Source: an uncultured Actinomycetota bacterium
GTDB lineage: Bacteria; Actinomycetota; Actinomycetes; Propionibacteriales; Nocardioidaceae
Reading direction: 5' to 3'
Assembly: GCA_963695705.1 (NCBI GenBank)
Contig: CAVOHB010000001.1
Coordinates: 87,324 to 151,323, forward strand
Length of the DNA: 64,000 bases
The position numbers and the translations under genes were made by a program. This document shows positions 53,715 to 63,170 of the stretch, one piece after another (position 1 is the stretch's first letter; every line of letters starts with the position of its first letter). The notes under the pieces were generated by a model. It was not told the origin of the DNA and searched no databases. It was given only the letters and a program-made list of their open reading frames with translations.

Positions 53715-54455
53715 TCAGCCCTGGGCGGGCTCGGCGGTCTCCTCGGCTGTTGCGTCGGGGGTACTGGACTCGGCCGGCTCAGCAGCATCGGCCGGCTCAG
53801 CGGGCTCGGGCGGCGAGGCAGGATCGGCTGGTTCGGCCGGCTCAGCAGGATCGGCTGGTTCGGCCGGCTCAGCGGACTCGGCCGGCGCGGCAGCATCGGC
53901 CGGCTCAGCGGGCTCGGGCGGCGTGGCGGATTCGCCCTGCTCCGCCTCGACCTTGGCCCGCAGCGCGTCGGTGAGACGCGCCAGCTGCGAGAGCGGGGCA
54001 CTGAACAGGGACACGGCGTTCTGCAGGGAGGCGTTGAAGGTGCCGGCCAGCTTGGCCAGCAGGACCTCGCGCGACTCGAGGTCGGCCATCCTCGAGATCT
54101 CCGCCACGGTGAGCGTCTTGCCGTCGAGCACCCCGCCCTTGATCACCAGCGGGGCGTTGGTCCTGGCGAAGTCGCGCAGGCCCTTGGCCGCCTCCACCGG
54201 GTCACCCTTGATGAAGGCGATCGCTGACGGGCCGATCAGCAGGTCGTCGAACCCGTCGACACCGGCCTCTCGGGCGGCAAGCTTGGTGAGGGTGTTCTTC
54301 ACCACGGCATAGCTGGCGTTGTCACCGAGCGCTCGCCGCAGTTCTTGCAGCTGCTTGACGGTGAGCCCGCGGTACTCGGTCAGCACCGCGCCGGCTGAGC
54401 TGCGGAACTCCTCCGTCAGCTCGGCGACGGCGGCTACCTTGTCGGGCCGTGCCAT
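53715..54455 (-). CDS. rplJ: 50S ribosomal protein L10 with ~75-aa PAEPA-repeat acidic C-terminal tail
   Basis: 246 aa from [33 protein letters not shown]. The ORF-track start 16 codons upstream was rejected. Confidence 0.92.
   Translation of the reverse strand: MARPDKVAAVAELTEEFRSSAGAVLTEYRGLTVKQLQELRRALGDNASYAVVKNTLTKLAAREAGVDGFDDLLIGPSAIAFIKGDPVEAAKGLRDFARTNAPLVIKGGVLDGKTLTVAEISRMADLESREVLLAKLAGTFNASLQNAVSLFSAPLSQLARLTDALRAKVEAEQGESATPPEPAEPADAAAPAESAEPAEPADPAEPAEPADPASPPEPAEPADAAEPAESSTPDATAEETAEPAQG
53767..53925 (-). repeat. in-frame tandem and dispersed repeats in the rplJ tail
   Basis: 27-nt units at 53821-53847 and 53848-53874 are 26/27 identical (AEPAEPADP x2). agcatcggccggctcagcgggctcgggcggcg occurs twice. 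Confidence 0.85.
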
Positions 54456-54647
54456 ATGTCTCCTCGTGCTCCACGGATCGGGTATCAGGCCACTCGGGTA
54501 CACAACAAACGCCCCGGCGCGGGCGCACGGGGCGAGGGTCGCGGTGGGATGCGCGACGATCCGACTCGTTCACCTGCGCGGGCCGCCCGCTGCTGCGGGA
54601 CCTTCGTGCACCCCTGCGGGTGACGACCGGCGGTCTTTGGCGTATCC

Positions 54648-54676
54648 AGCGTACGTGTTCGCCGCCGCCGGTCCAA
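54648..54676 (-). promoter_or_regulatory. candidate rplJ promoter (-35 TTGGAC, 17 nt, -10 TACGCT)
   Basis: Hexamer match on the minus strand about 190 nt upstream of rplJ. Weak evidence. Confidence 0.3.
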
Positions 54677-54798
54677 ATCAACGGGGAGAGCACCGGAACG
54701 CGGGTTTGTGGTGGATCTTACGTCTCTGGTGACGAATATCCTCCACACATCGCCAACCGAGGCGTCGCACGCGGGCATCTTGACGTGAGTCAGCGGGA

Positions 54799-57700
54799 TC
54801 AGCTCGGGCGGGGCGGTAGTGGATCCGGCCGACGCGAGGGGCGGGTGGCCGGGTCGGGAGGGACCGCGGCAGGCTGCGCCTCCAGCCGCTGCAGCGCCAA
54901 CGCAACCGCGGCGTCGAGCTGCGGATCGTCACTGGCCGCCCACGACTGAGGCGGGATCGGGACCTCGACATCGGGGTCGACGCCGTGGTTCTCCACCCCC
55001 CAGCCGAGCCCGTAGAACCAGAACGCGTACCGGGGCTGCGTGACGCTGGTCCCGTCGACGAGCCGGTAGCGCATGTCGATGCCGATGACGCCGCCCCAGG
55101 TGCGGGTACCCACGACCGGCCCCAGGCCCTGCCGCTGGAACATCGCGGTGACGATGTCGCCGTCGGACCCGGCCTGCTCGTTGGCGATGGCGACAAGCGG
55201 TCCGCGCGGGGCGTCCTCGGGGTAGGTCGCCGGGCTCATGTGCCGGCGCGTGTCCCAGGCACGAACGGTCCGGTCCAGCTTCTCCAGTACCAGAGACGAG
55301 ACATGGCCGCCCCGATTGTCGCGAACGTCCACGACGAGCGCCTCACGGGCGACCTCGAGCCGTAGGTCACGGTGTAGCTGGGCCCAGCCGCTGGCGATCA
55401 TGTCGGGGATGTGCAGGTAGCCGACCCTGCCGGCGGACGCCGCGTGCACGGCCCGCCGGCGCCCGGCCACCCAGTCCTGATAGCGGAGCGGCCGGTCGTC
55501 GGCGAGCGGCACGACGACGACGCGCCGCTCTGACGCCTCACCGTGGGGAAGCACGGTGAGCTCGACCGGCATCTCCGCTGCACCCACCAGCAGCGCCTGC
55601 GGGCCGAGGGCCGGATCCGTCGGTCGTCCACCGACGCCGACGATGGCGTCACCGGGGTGGACGGCGACACCGGGCGCCGCCAGCGGGGACCGTGCTGCGG
55701 GCGCGGACGACTCCCCGGGAACGACCCGTCGGACCCGCCACCGACCGTCGGCGTCAGCGGCGAGGTCGGCGCCCAGGAGTCCGACCCGCCGGGCCTTGTC
55801 GACCGGGCGGTCCGGCGGCATCTCGTACGCATGTGAGGCCCCGAGTTCGCCCTGGACCTCCCAGAGCAGCTCGGACAGGTCGTCGCGCGATCCCAGCCTC
55901 TGCACCAGCGGTCGGTAGCGGTCGAGTACGCCCTCCCAGTCCACGCCTGCCATGTCGGCCACCCAGAAGTGGTCGCGCATCAGGCGCCCGGCCTCGTCGT
56001 ACATCTGCTGCCACTCGGCGACCGGATCCACCTCGACGCGCAAGCGCCGAACGTCGACGTCGACGACATCGGCATCGGGCTCACCGCCGGGCGAGCGGGC
56101 ATCGATCTTGCGGTCCGACGGAACCACCCGGACTGCCTTGTCGTCGCGGACCACCACCCACCGGCCGTCACCGGAGACCTGCGCGGCGTCCAGCTCCTCG
56201 ACGATCGTCGTCAACCGCTGGCCTGGAAGGTCATAACGCTGCAACGAGGACCGCGGCTTCGGGGCATCGGGTCGCGGGAGCCCGTCGCCGAGGACGCCGA
56301 CGAGGGGATCGTGCATCCACAGCAGGCCGCTTCGCGCCGCGCGAAGGCCGGAGTACGTGCCGGCGGGCACCGGCAGCGGCACGACGCGCTCGGCCAGGCC
56401 AGTCACATCGACGACGACCTGGGCAGGTGCCGCGTCCGTCACGTCGTCGGCCGGCCGCCATTCCCCGGGCTTCTGCCCGCCGGGGACGCGGCCGCTCGGA
56501 CTGGGGTCGAACGGGGAGGGTGTCGTCTCGGCGAGGGGCAGCAGGTACGGCCTGGTGCCGGCCAGGAAGGACAGGTCGAACGAGTGCACGTCGTAGACCG
56601 GGTTGAAGGTGCGGACCGACAGGAACGCCAGGTGCAGGCCGTCGAGGGTGAAGACCGGCTCGGTGTCGGTGAACCGCAGCGGGGTCGCGTCCAGGACGTT
56701 TCCGCCGGCCACCGGCGCCAGCCGGATGTGCCGCAGCGGCTCCGGCCCCGGCTGCGACCACGCCAGCCAACGCGAGTCCGGGGAGAAGGTCAGCCCGTTC
56801 GCGTCCCCGTGCTCGCTCGAGTCGACCGTGCGCAGCTCCCCGGAGGCCGCGTCGACGATCAGCACCCGGCCGTCGTGGGTGGCGACCCCGACGTGACAAC
56901 CGTCGGGCGACGTTGCCAGGTCGAGTACCCGGCCGAGCCGACCGCCGCCAAGCCGATGCGGCGCGGCCCCCGTGTGCCCGGCGACGGATGCGGCGAACTC
57001 CAGTGCGTCGTCGCCTTCGGCATCGGTGACCCACACCACGCCGGGCGGCTCGTCGGCCGTGCCGGGACCCAGCACGCGCGGCAGCCTGGCCCGGACACCG
57101 GGACGGCCCGAGAGCAGGCGGGCCGGCCCGTCGCGGTGGCTCAGCCAGTGCACGGTCCCGCGGGCCTCGACCGCGCTCCCGCGGCCCTGCCGATCCGGGC
57201 GCAGGTCGCCGAGGTGGTCGATCGCGGGGACCGGGTGGACCGACTGCGCGGTGCGCGGGCCGCCCAGCTGCACCTCGAGCCGGCGCGGCCGCGAGGTGGC
57301 GGACAGGTCGTCCAGCAGCCACAGCTCGCCGGCGCACTGGTAAACCAGCCGCCGTCCGTCCGAGGTCGCAGCGCGGGCGTAGAACTCGTCGTGGTCGGTG
57401 TGCCGCCGCAGATCGCCGCCGTCGCCGGTGCAGGAGTAGACGTTGCCGTAGCCCTCGTGGTCGCTGAGGAACGCCAGCCGGTCACCGATCCAGGTCGGGC
57501 TCTCCAGCTGGCCACCGAGCTCGGTGAGCAGTGGCGCGAAGGCGCCGCTCCCCTCGCGGTCGATCCACAGCTTGCCGGCCCGGCCGCCGCGGTACCGCTT
57601 CCAGGACGCGGCGCCGCGCCGGTTCTGGTGCACGCCCAGGACCGTCGTCCCGCCAGGACCGGGCGCGATCGCGGACACCGGGCCGTAGGACAGCCGCTCG

Positions 57701-58095
57701 GGTGGGCCACCGTCGAGCGGCACGGCGTATGCCCAGGTCCGGCTGTTGAACGGTTGGGCGACCGCCGAGATCGCCAGTACGCGGTCGGCGGACCACCCGA
57801 TCACACCCGTCAGCTCGTCGCCCCAGTACGTCAGGCGGCTCGAGGGCCCTCCGTCGACGGGCGCGACGTGCACCTCAGGAGCGCCGTCGCGGCTGCTGGT
57901 GAACGCCACCAGCCGCCCGTCCGGCGACAACCGCGCACCGGCGACGGGTGCCCGGTCGGCGGTGAGCCGCCAGGCGCGCCCACCGTCGGTCCTGGCCAGC
58001 CACAGGTCGTCCTCCGCCACGAACGCCAGCGAGTCCCCTGAGACGGTGGGGAATCGAAGGTAGCCGCCTGCGGCCGAACGTGTCTGCTGAACCAT
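54799..58095 (-). CDS. tricorn-protease-like S41 family peptidase (beta-propeller + PDZ + S41)
   Basis: 1098 aa. The N-terminus YLRFPTVSGDSLAFVAEDDLWLARTDGG and repeated propeller-like segments resemble actinobacterial tricorn homologs. The C-terminal region is S41-like (GGHVSSLVLEKL, TRTWGGVIG). Confidence 0.85.
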   Translation of the reverse strand: MVQQTRSAAGGYLRFPTVSGDSLAFVAEDDLWLARTDGGRAWRLTADRAPVAGARLSPDGRLVAFTSSRDGAPEVHVAPVDGGPSSRLTYWGDELTGVIGWSADRVLAISAVAQPFNSRTWAYAVPLDGGPPERLSYGPVSAIAPGPGGTTVLGVHQNRRGAASWKRYRGGRAGKLWIDREGSGAFAPLLTELGGQLESPTWIGDRLAFLSDHEGYGNVYSCTGDGGDLRRHTDHDEFYARAATSDGRRLVYQCAGELWLLDDLSATSRPRRLEVQLGGPRTAQSVHPVPAIDHLGDLRPDRQGRGSAVEARGTVHWLSHRDGPARLLSGRPGVRARLPRVLGPGTADEPPGVVWVTDAEGDDALEFAASVAGHTGAAPHRLGGGRLGRVLDLATSPDGCHVGVATHDGRVLIVDAASGELRTVDSSEHGDANGLTFSPDSRWLAWSQPGPEPLRHIRLAPVAGGNVLDATPLRFTDTEPVFTLDGLHLAFLSVRTFNPVYDVHSFDLSFLAGTRPYLLPLAETTPSPFDPSPSGRVPGGQKPGEWRPADDVTDAAPAQVVVDVTGLAERVVPLPVPAGTYSGLRAARSGLLWMHDPLVGVLGDGLPRPDAPKPRSSLQRYDLPGQRLTTIVEELDAAQVSGDGRWVVVRDDKAVRVVPSDRKIDARSPGGEPDADVVDVDVRRLRVEVDPVAEWQQMYDEAGRLMRDHFWVADMAGVDWEGVLDRYRPLVQRLGSRDDLSELLWEVQGELGASHAYEMPPDRPVDKARRVGLLGADLAADADGRWRVRRVVPGESSAPAARSPLAAPGVAVHPGDAIVGVGGRPTDPALGPQALLVGAAEMPVELTVLPHGEASERRVVVVPLADDRPLRYQDWVAGRRRAVHAASAGRVGYLHIPDMIASGWAQLHRDLRLEVAREALVVDVRDNRGGHVSSLVLEKLDRTVRAWDTRRHMSPATYPEDAPRGPLVAIANEQAGSDGDIVTAMFQRQGLGPVVGTRTWGGVIGIDMRYRLVDGTSVTQPRYAFWFYGLGWGVENHGVDPDVEVPIPPQSWAASDDPQLDAAVALALQRLEAQPAAVPPDPATRPSRRPDPLPPRPS

Positions 58096-58186
58096 CGGGT
58101 GACTCCATCCCGGTCAGGTGGGCTGTTTCCACGATGTCGTGGATCTCCCGCTCCCCCGGACCCGCGGGCCATGCCCCCCGCGCGGG

Positions 58187-58900
58187 TCAGCTCTCGACGT
58201 CGTCCAGCTTCCGGGCTCGGTTGGCGTCGACCGGGATGCCGGGTCCCATCGTCGTGGAGAGCGTCACCTTTCGCAGGTAGCGGCCCTTCGAGCTCGACGG
58301 CTTCAGCCGCAGCACCTCGTCCAGGGCCGCCGCATAGTTCTCGGCCAGCTGGGCAAGCGTGAACGACACCTTGCCGATCAGGAAATGCAGGTTGGCATGC
58401 CGGTCGACCCGGAACTCGATCCGGCCACCCTTGATGTCGTTGACGGCCTTGGTCACGTCGGTCGTGACCGTACCGGTCTTGGGGTTCGGCATCAGTCCGC
58501 GCGGTCCGAGGACCCGCCCCAGGCGCCCGACCTTGCCCATCATGTCGGGGGTGGCGACGACGGCGTCGAAGTCGAGCCATCCGCCGTTGATCCTCTCGAT
58601 CAGGTCGTCACCACCCACGTAGTCGGCACCTGCTGCCCGCGCCTCCTCCGCCTTGTCGCCGTTGGCGAAGACCAACACCCGGGCGGTCTTGCCGGTCCCG
58701 TGCGGGAGGTTGACGGTGCCTCGGACCATCTGGTCCGCCTTGCGGGGGTCGACTCCCAGGCGCATCGCGACCTCGACGCTCTGGTCGAACCTCGCCTTGC
58801 TGTGGGCGCTCTTGGCGAGCTTGATCGCCTCTGCGGGTGAGTAGACGGTGTCCGGATCAAGCTTTGCGACCGCTTCTCTGTAAGCCTTGCTGCGCTTCAT
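58187..58900 (-). CDS. rplA: 50S ribosomal protein L1
   Basis: 237 aa, [15 protein letters not shown] ... [12 protein letters not shown]. Confidence 0.97.
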   Translation of the reverse strand: MKRSKAYREAVAKLDPDTVYSPAEAIKLAKSAHSKARFDQSVEVAMRLGVDPRKADQMVRGTVNLPHGTGKTARVLVFANGDKAEEARAAGADYVGGDDLIERINGGWLDFDAVVATPDMMGKVGRLGRVLGPRGLMPNPKTGTVTTDVTKAVNDIKGGRIEFRVDRHANLHFLIGKVSFTLAQLAENYAAALDEVLRLKPSSSKGRYLRKVTLSTTMGPGIPVDANRARKLDDVES

Positions 58901-59011
58901 GACTGGCTCCCTTCACCAGGTGTGGTCGACGGGCGACAGCTGCCCTGCCACGGAACGGTCGGGTCTGTTCGTCGGTTCTGGTATCGAAGTATGGCTCGAA
59001 CTGCCCGGCCC

Positions 59012-59446
59012 TCAGCGATCGACGGTGACACCCATCGAGCGCGCGGTGCCCTCGACGATGAGCATCGCGGCGTTGATGTCGTTGGCGTTGAGGTCGGGAA
59101 GCTTGGTCGTGGCGATCTCGCGGACCTGGTCGCGGCTGATCCTGCCGACCTTGTCCTTGTGGGGCACCGACGAGCCCTTGGCGAGCCCGGCGGCCTTCTT
59201 GATCATCTCCGCGGCGGGCGGCGTCTTGGTCACGAACGTGAACGAGCGGTCCTCGTAGATGGTGATCTCGACCGGCACGACGTTTCCGCGCATCGACTCG
59301 GTGGCCGAGTTGTAGGCCTTGCAGAACTCCATGATGTTGACGCCGTGCGGCCCGAGGGCGGTACCTACCGGTGGGGCCGGCGTGGCCGCGCCGGCCTGCA
59401 GCTGCACCTTGACCATCGCGGCGATCTTCTTCTTCTTCGGAGGCAT
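59012..59446 (-). CDS. rplK: 50S ribosomal protein L11
   Basis: 144 aa, [32 protein letters not shown]. Confidence 0.97.
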   Translation of the reverse strand: MPPKKKKIAAMVKVQLQAGAATPAPPVGTALGPHGVNIMEFCKAYNSATESMRGNVVPVEITIYEDRSFTFVTKTPPAAEMIKKAAGLAKGSSVPHKDKVGRISRDQVREIATTKLPDLNANDINAAMLIVEGTARSMGVTVDR

Positions 59447-59506
59447 GTGGTTTCGACGTCCTTTTCGGTTGTGCTCTGTATTCGGTCCTGCGGTTGGGTT
59501 GTCCGC

Positions 59507-60328
59507 TCAGATCTTCTGGATCTGGTTGAAGGTCAGCTCGACCGGCGTCTCCCGGCCGAAGATCTCCACCAGCGCCTTGACCTTCTGTGCGTCGACGTTG
59601 ATCTCGGTGACCGTGGCGTGGAGTGTCGCGAACGGACCGTCGACCACCATCACCGAGTCGCTGACGACGAAGTCGGCGAACTCGGTCTTCTTCTGCTTCT
59701 TGGCCTCCGGGGTCGACGCCGGCGTTCTCGCCTCGTCCTCCACGGCCGGGGCGAGCATCGCCTCCACCTCCGCGAACGTGAGCGCCACCGGCTGGTGGAC
59801 GTGACCGACGAATCCGGTCACCGACGGGGTGTGCCGTACGGTCGACCACGACTCGTCGGTCAGGTCCATGCGCACCAGGACGTACCCGGGGAGCACCGTC
59901 CGGCGGACCATTCGCCGCTGGCCGTTCTTGATCTCAGCGACCTCTTCCTGCGGGACCACGACCTCGAAGATGAAGTCCTCCATGTTCAACGACGAGATGC
60001 GGTTCTCCAGGTTGGTCTTGACGCGGTTCTCCATGCCGGAGTACGTGTGCACGACGTACCAGTCACCCGGCTTGGCCCGCAGGGCGGCCCGGAACTCCTC
60101 CAGCGGATCCACCACCGCGGGCGCGGGCTCGGACGGCTGCTCGAGTTGACCGTCGGCGTCGACGTCCCCGCCGACGTCGTGCTCGAGGGCGGAGGCATCG
60201 GCGGGTATCGCCACGTCACCGATCAGGTCGGGGTCAACGTCGTTGGACGGTTGGGACACGGTTACTGCGCCACCTTCATCTGCCAGGTCATAGGCATCTC
60301 GGTCGTCGTTGTCATGTGCGGTTGTCAT
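59507..60328 (-). CDS. nusG: transcription termination/antitermination factor NusG with acidic N-terminal extension
   Basis: 273 aa, [22 protein letters not shown], with a C-terminal KOW ([15 protein letters not shown]). Confidence 0.95.
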   Translation of the reverse strand: MTTAHDNDDRDAYDLADEGGAVTVSQPSNDVDPDLIGDVAIPADASALEHDVGGDVDADGQLEQPSEPAPAVVDPLEEFRAALRAKPGDWYVVHTYSGMENRVKTNLENRISSLNMEDFIFEVVVPQEEVAEIKNGQRRMVRRTVLPGYVLVRMDLTDESWSTVRHTPSVTGFVGHVHQPVALTFAEVEAMLAPAVEDEARTPASTPEAKKQKKTEFADFVVSDSVMVVDGPFATLHATVTEINVDAQKVKALVEIFGRETPVELTFNQIQKI

Positions 60329-60352
60329 ATGGGAAGGAGGGTCCGACGCCGT

Positions 60353-60589
60353 TCAGGCGAAGACCTTGAACACCAGAGTGCCGAAGAGGAAGTCGAGGAT
60401 CGACACGATCGTGATCATCACCACGACGAAGACGAGGACGACGAGGAAGTACGTCACCAGCTGCTCGCGGGTCGGCCAGACGACCTTGCGCAGCTCGGCG
60501 AGGACCTGTCGGTAGAACAGTCCCGGGCTGGTGCGTCGCTTGCTGGGATCGCTGCCGCGCGAGGAGGTCGTGGAGCGTGTCTCCGTCAC
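60353..60589 (-). CDS. secE: preprotein translocase subunit SecE
   Basis: GTG at 60587-60589 after GGCGGAAAGG. 78 aa ending in a single TM helix (LVTYFLVVLVFVVVMITIV). The ORF-track N-terminus would run into the tRNA. Confidence 0.85.
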   Translation of the reverse strand: MTETRSTTSSRGSDPSKRRTSPGLFYRQVLAELRKVVWPTREQLVTYFLVVLVFVVVMITIVSILDFLFGTLVFKVFA

Positions 60590-60715
60590 CTTTCCGCCTT
60601 CGCTGACCCGCCGTGGCGTTCCACCACTGCCGGTCGGTCTCGTGTTGCCGTGTTGTCTCCTGCCCCTATTGTCCCCGGCTTGGTCCCGGACATGTGCCCG
60701 ACCCTGAAGCCTTTG

Positions 60716-60788
60716 CAGGGCAGGAGGGACTCGAACCCCCAACCTTCGGTTTTGGAGACCGATGCTCTGCCAGTTGAGCCACTGCCCT
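60716..60788 (-). tRNA. trnW: tRNA-Trp (anticodon CCA)
   Basis: AGGGCAGTGGCTCAACTGGCAGAGCATCGGTCTCCAAAACCGAAGGTTGGGGGTTCGAGTCCCTCCTGCCCTG folds by hand as a cloverleaf. The acceptor stem is AGGGCAG/CTGCCCT, the anticodon loop is CTCCAAA and the T-loop is TTCGAGT. Confidence 0.93.
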
Positions 60789-60909
60789 ACGGTGGCCGGT
60801 AACCGGCCTCCCTTCGGCGGGCATGGCCGATCCGTGGTGCTGCAGCCACCAGGACCACGAGTGTACGGGGTCGGCGCGTCGAGGTCGAACCGGATGCGAG
60901 GATGTGCGC

Positions 60910-62115
60910 ATGAGTGAGCAGCCCCGGGCCCGAATCTCGCGCCGCATCGGCGCGATCACCGAATCCGCCACCCTCGCGGTCGACGCCAGGGCCAAGGCGC
61001 TCAAGGCCGCCGGCCGGCCGGTGATCGGGTTCGGAGCCGGTGAACCCGACTTCCCCACTCCTGAGCACATCGTCGAGGCGGCGATCAGCGCCGCCCGAGA
61101 GCCTCGCAACCACCGCTACTCGCCGACCGGCGGCCTGCCGGAGCTCCGGCAGGCGGTCGCCGACAAGACACGGCGCGACTCCAAGTACGACGTCGAGGCC
61201 GCCCAGGTCCTGGTCACCAACGGTGGGAAACAAGCCGTCTACGAGGCGTTCGCGACGATCCTCGACCCCGGCGACGAGGTGCTGCTGCCCGCGCCGTACT
61301 GGACGACGTATCCCGAGGTGATCAGGCTGGCCGGCGGCGTACCCGTCGAGGTGGTCGCCGACGAGCACCAGGACTACCTCGTGTCGGTCGACCAGCTCGA
61401 GGCGGCACGCACCGGCCGGACCAAGGCGCTGATGTTCTGCTCACCGTCCAACCCGACCGGGGCGGTCAGCTCACCGGCGCAGGTCAGCGCGATCGGGCGC
61501 TGGGCCGTGGAGTCGGGCATCTGGGTGGTCGCCGACGAGATCTACGAGCATCTGACCTACGACGGCGTCGAGTTCGCCTCGATGCCGGTGCGGGTTCCGG
61601 AGCTCGCGGACACCTGCATCGTCGTCAACGGCGTCGCCAAGACCTACGCGATGACCGGCTGGCGGGTCGGCTGGATGATCGCGCCCGGCGACGTCGTCAC
61701 GGCCGCGCTCAACCTCCAGTCCCACCTGACGAGCAACGTCGCGAACGTCCCGCAGCGGGCCGCGCTGGCCGCAGTGACCAGCGACCTGTCCGCGGTCGAG
61801 CGGATGAGGAGCGCGTTCGACCGCCGCCGACGCACCATCGTGTCCATGCTCAACGCGGTCGAGGGGTTCGAGTGCCCGGAGCCCAAGGGCGCGTTCTACG
61901 CGTACCCCAGCGTCAAGGGTGCGCTCGGCCGGGACATCGGCGGAGCCACGCCGCAGACGTCGGCGGAGCTGGCCGAGGTGATCCTGGAGCAGGCCGAGGT
62001 CGCGGTCGTGCCGGGTGAGGCGTTCGGGACGCCGGGTTACCTGCGGCTGTCGTACGCGCTCGGCGACGACGACTTGGTCGAGGGCGTCAACCGGATCCAG
62101 AAGCTGCTCAGCTGA
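60910..62115 (+). CDS. aspC: pyridoxal-phosphate-dependent aspartate aminotransferase (class I)
   Basis: 401 aa from [14 protein letters not shown], with [22 protein letters not shown] and the PLP-Lys context [16 protein letters not shown]. Confidence 0.88.
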   Translation: MSEQPRARISRRIGAITESATLAVDARAKALKAAGRPVIGFGAGEPDFPTPEHIVEAAISAAREPRNHRYSPTGGLPELRQAVADKTRRDSKYDVEAAQVLVTNGGKQAVYEAFATILDPGDEVLLPAPYWTTYPEVIRLAGGVPVEVVADEHQDYLVSVDQLEAARTGRTKALMFCSPSNPTGAVSSPAQVSAIGRWAVESGIWVVADEIYEHLTYDGVEFASMPVRVPELADTCIVVNGVAKTYAMTGWRVGWMIAPGDVVTAALNLQSHLTSNVANVPQRAALAAVTSDLSAVERMRSAFDRRRRTIVSMLNAVEGFECPEPKGAFYAYPSVKGALGRDIGGATPQTSAELAEVILEQAEVAVVPGEAFGTPGYLRLSYALGDDDLVEGVNRIQKLLS

Positions 62116-63170
62116 CCACCGAGACGCGCCCGGTCGCGGCACTGCCGAAAGCGCATCTGCACCTGCACTTCACCGGGTCGATGCGGCATCGGACACTGGT
62201 CGAGCTGGCCGCACGGGAAGGCGTGCACCTCCCCGACTCGCTGCGGGACGAATGGCCGCCGCGTCTGTCGGCGACCGACGAGCGGGGATGGTTCCGGTTC
62301 CAGCGGCTCTACGACATCGCCCGTTCGGTGATCCGTACCGACGACGACGTGCGCCGGCTGGTGCGCGAGGCCGCGGAGGACGATCGCGACGATGGTTCGG
62401 GATGGCTGGAGATCCAGGTCGACCCGTCGGGGTACGCGGCGCTGTTCGGGGGCATCACCCGGTTCACCGAGCTGGTGATCGACGCCGCGGCAGCCGCGGC
62501 CGTCAGCACCGGCATCGGAGTCGCCGTGATCATCGCCGCCAACCGCACCCGTCACGTGCTCGACGCGCGGGCGCTGGCCAGGCTGGCGGCCCGGTACGCG
62601 GGACGCGGCGTCGTTGGGTTCGGGTTGTCCAACGACGAGCGCCGGGGCGAGGTGGCCGACTTCGCGCCGGCCTTCCGCATCGCCGTGCGGGCCGGGCTGT
62701 TGTCGGTGCCGCACGGCGGCGAGCTGTGCGGAGCCGACAGCGTGCGCTCCTGCCTCGACCTGCTCGGCGCCGATCGGGTGGGGCACGGCATCCGGGCGGT
62801 CGAGGATCCTGACGTGCTGGCACGTGTGGTCGTCGCCGGCGTGACGCTCGAGGTGTCCCCCAGCTCGAACGTCCGGCTCGGCGTCTATCCAGACCCGGCC
62901 TCGGTGCCGCTGCGGACTCTGCTCGACGCCGGGGCACAGGTCGCGCTGGGAGCCGACGACCCACTGCTGTTCGGGCCGCGGCTGGCCGAGCAGTACGAGT
63001 CGGCCCGCACAGTGCACGGTCTCGACGACATCGAGCTGGCTGGTCTCGCCCGCATGTCCGTCCTCGGGTCGGCCGCCCCCAGCGACGTGCGGGCGTCGCT
63101 GTTGGCGGGCATCGAGCACTGGCTGAGCCGCTGCGCTAGAGACGGCACCCGACCAGCGTCGGCTCGTTGA
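62112..63170 (+). CDS. add: adenosine deaminase (start uncertain, see findings)
   Basis: ORF-track ORF 62181..63170 is ADA-like, but the metal-binding signature [13 protein letters not shown] lies in frame at 62142-62180, upstream of the first ATG. The frame is open from 62019. The proposed CTG at 62112 overlaps the aspC TGA. Confidence 0.75.
   Translation: MTTETRPVAALPKAHLHLHFTGSMRHRTLVELAAREGVHLPDSLRDEWPPRLSATDERGWFRFQRLYDIARSVIRTDDDVRRLVREAAEDDRDDGSGWLEIQVDPSGYAALFGGITRFTELVIDAAAAAAVSTGIGVAVIIAANRTRHVLDARALARLAARYAGRGVVGFGLSNDERRGEVADFAPAFRIAVRAGLLSVPHGGELCGADSVRSCLDLLGADRVGHGIRAVEDPDVLARVVVAGVTLEVSPSSNVRLGVYPDPASVPLRTLLDAGAQVALGADDPLLFGPRLAEQYESARTVHGLDDIELAGLARMSVLGSAAPSDVRASLLAGIEHWLSRCARDGTRPASAR

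Noticed and set aside
60590-60909. tRNA-Trp as a possible integration hotspot (genomic island or integrase nearby).
   Set aside because: The flanking genes are the conserved secE-nusG and aspC. I saw no integrase, no direct repeat of the tRNA 3' end and no compositional shift.
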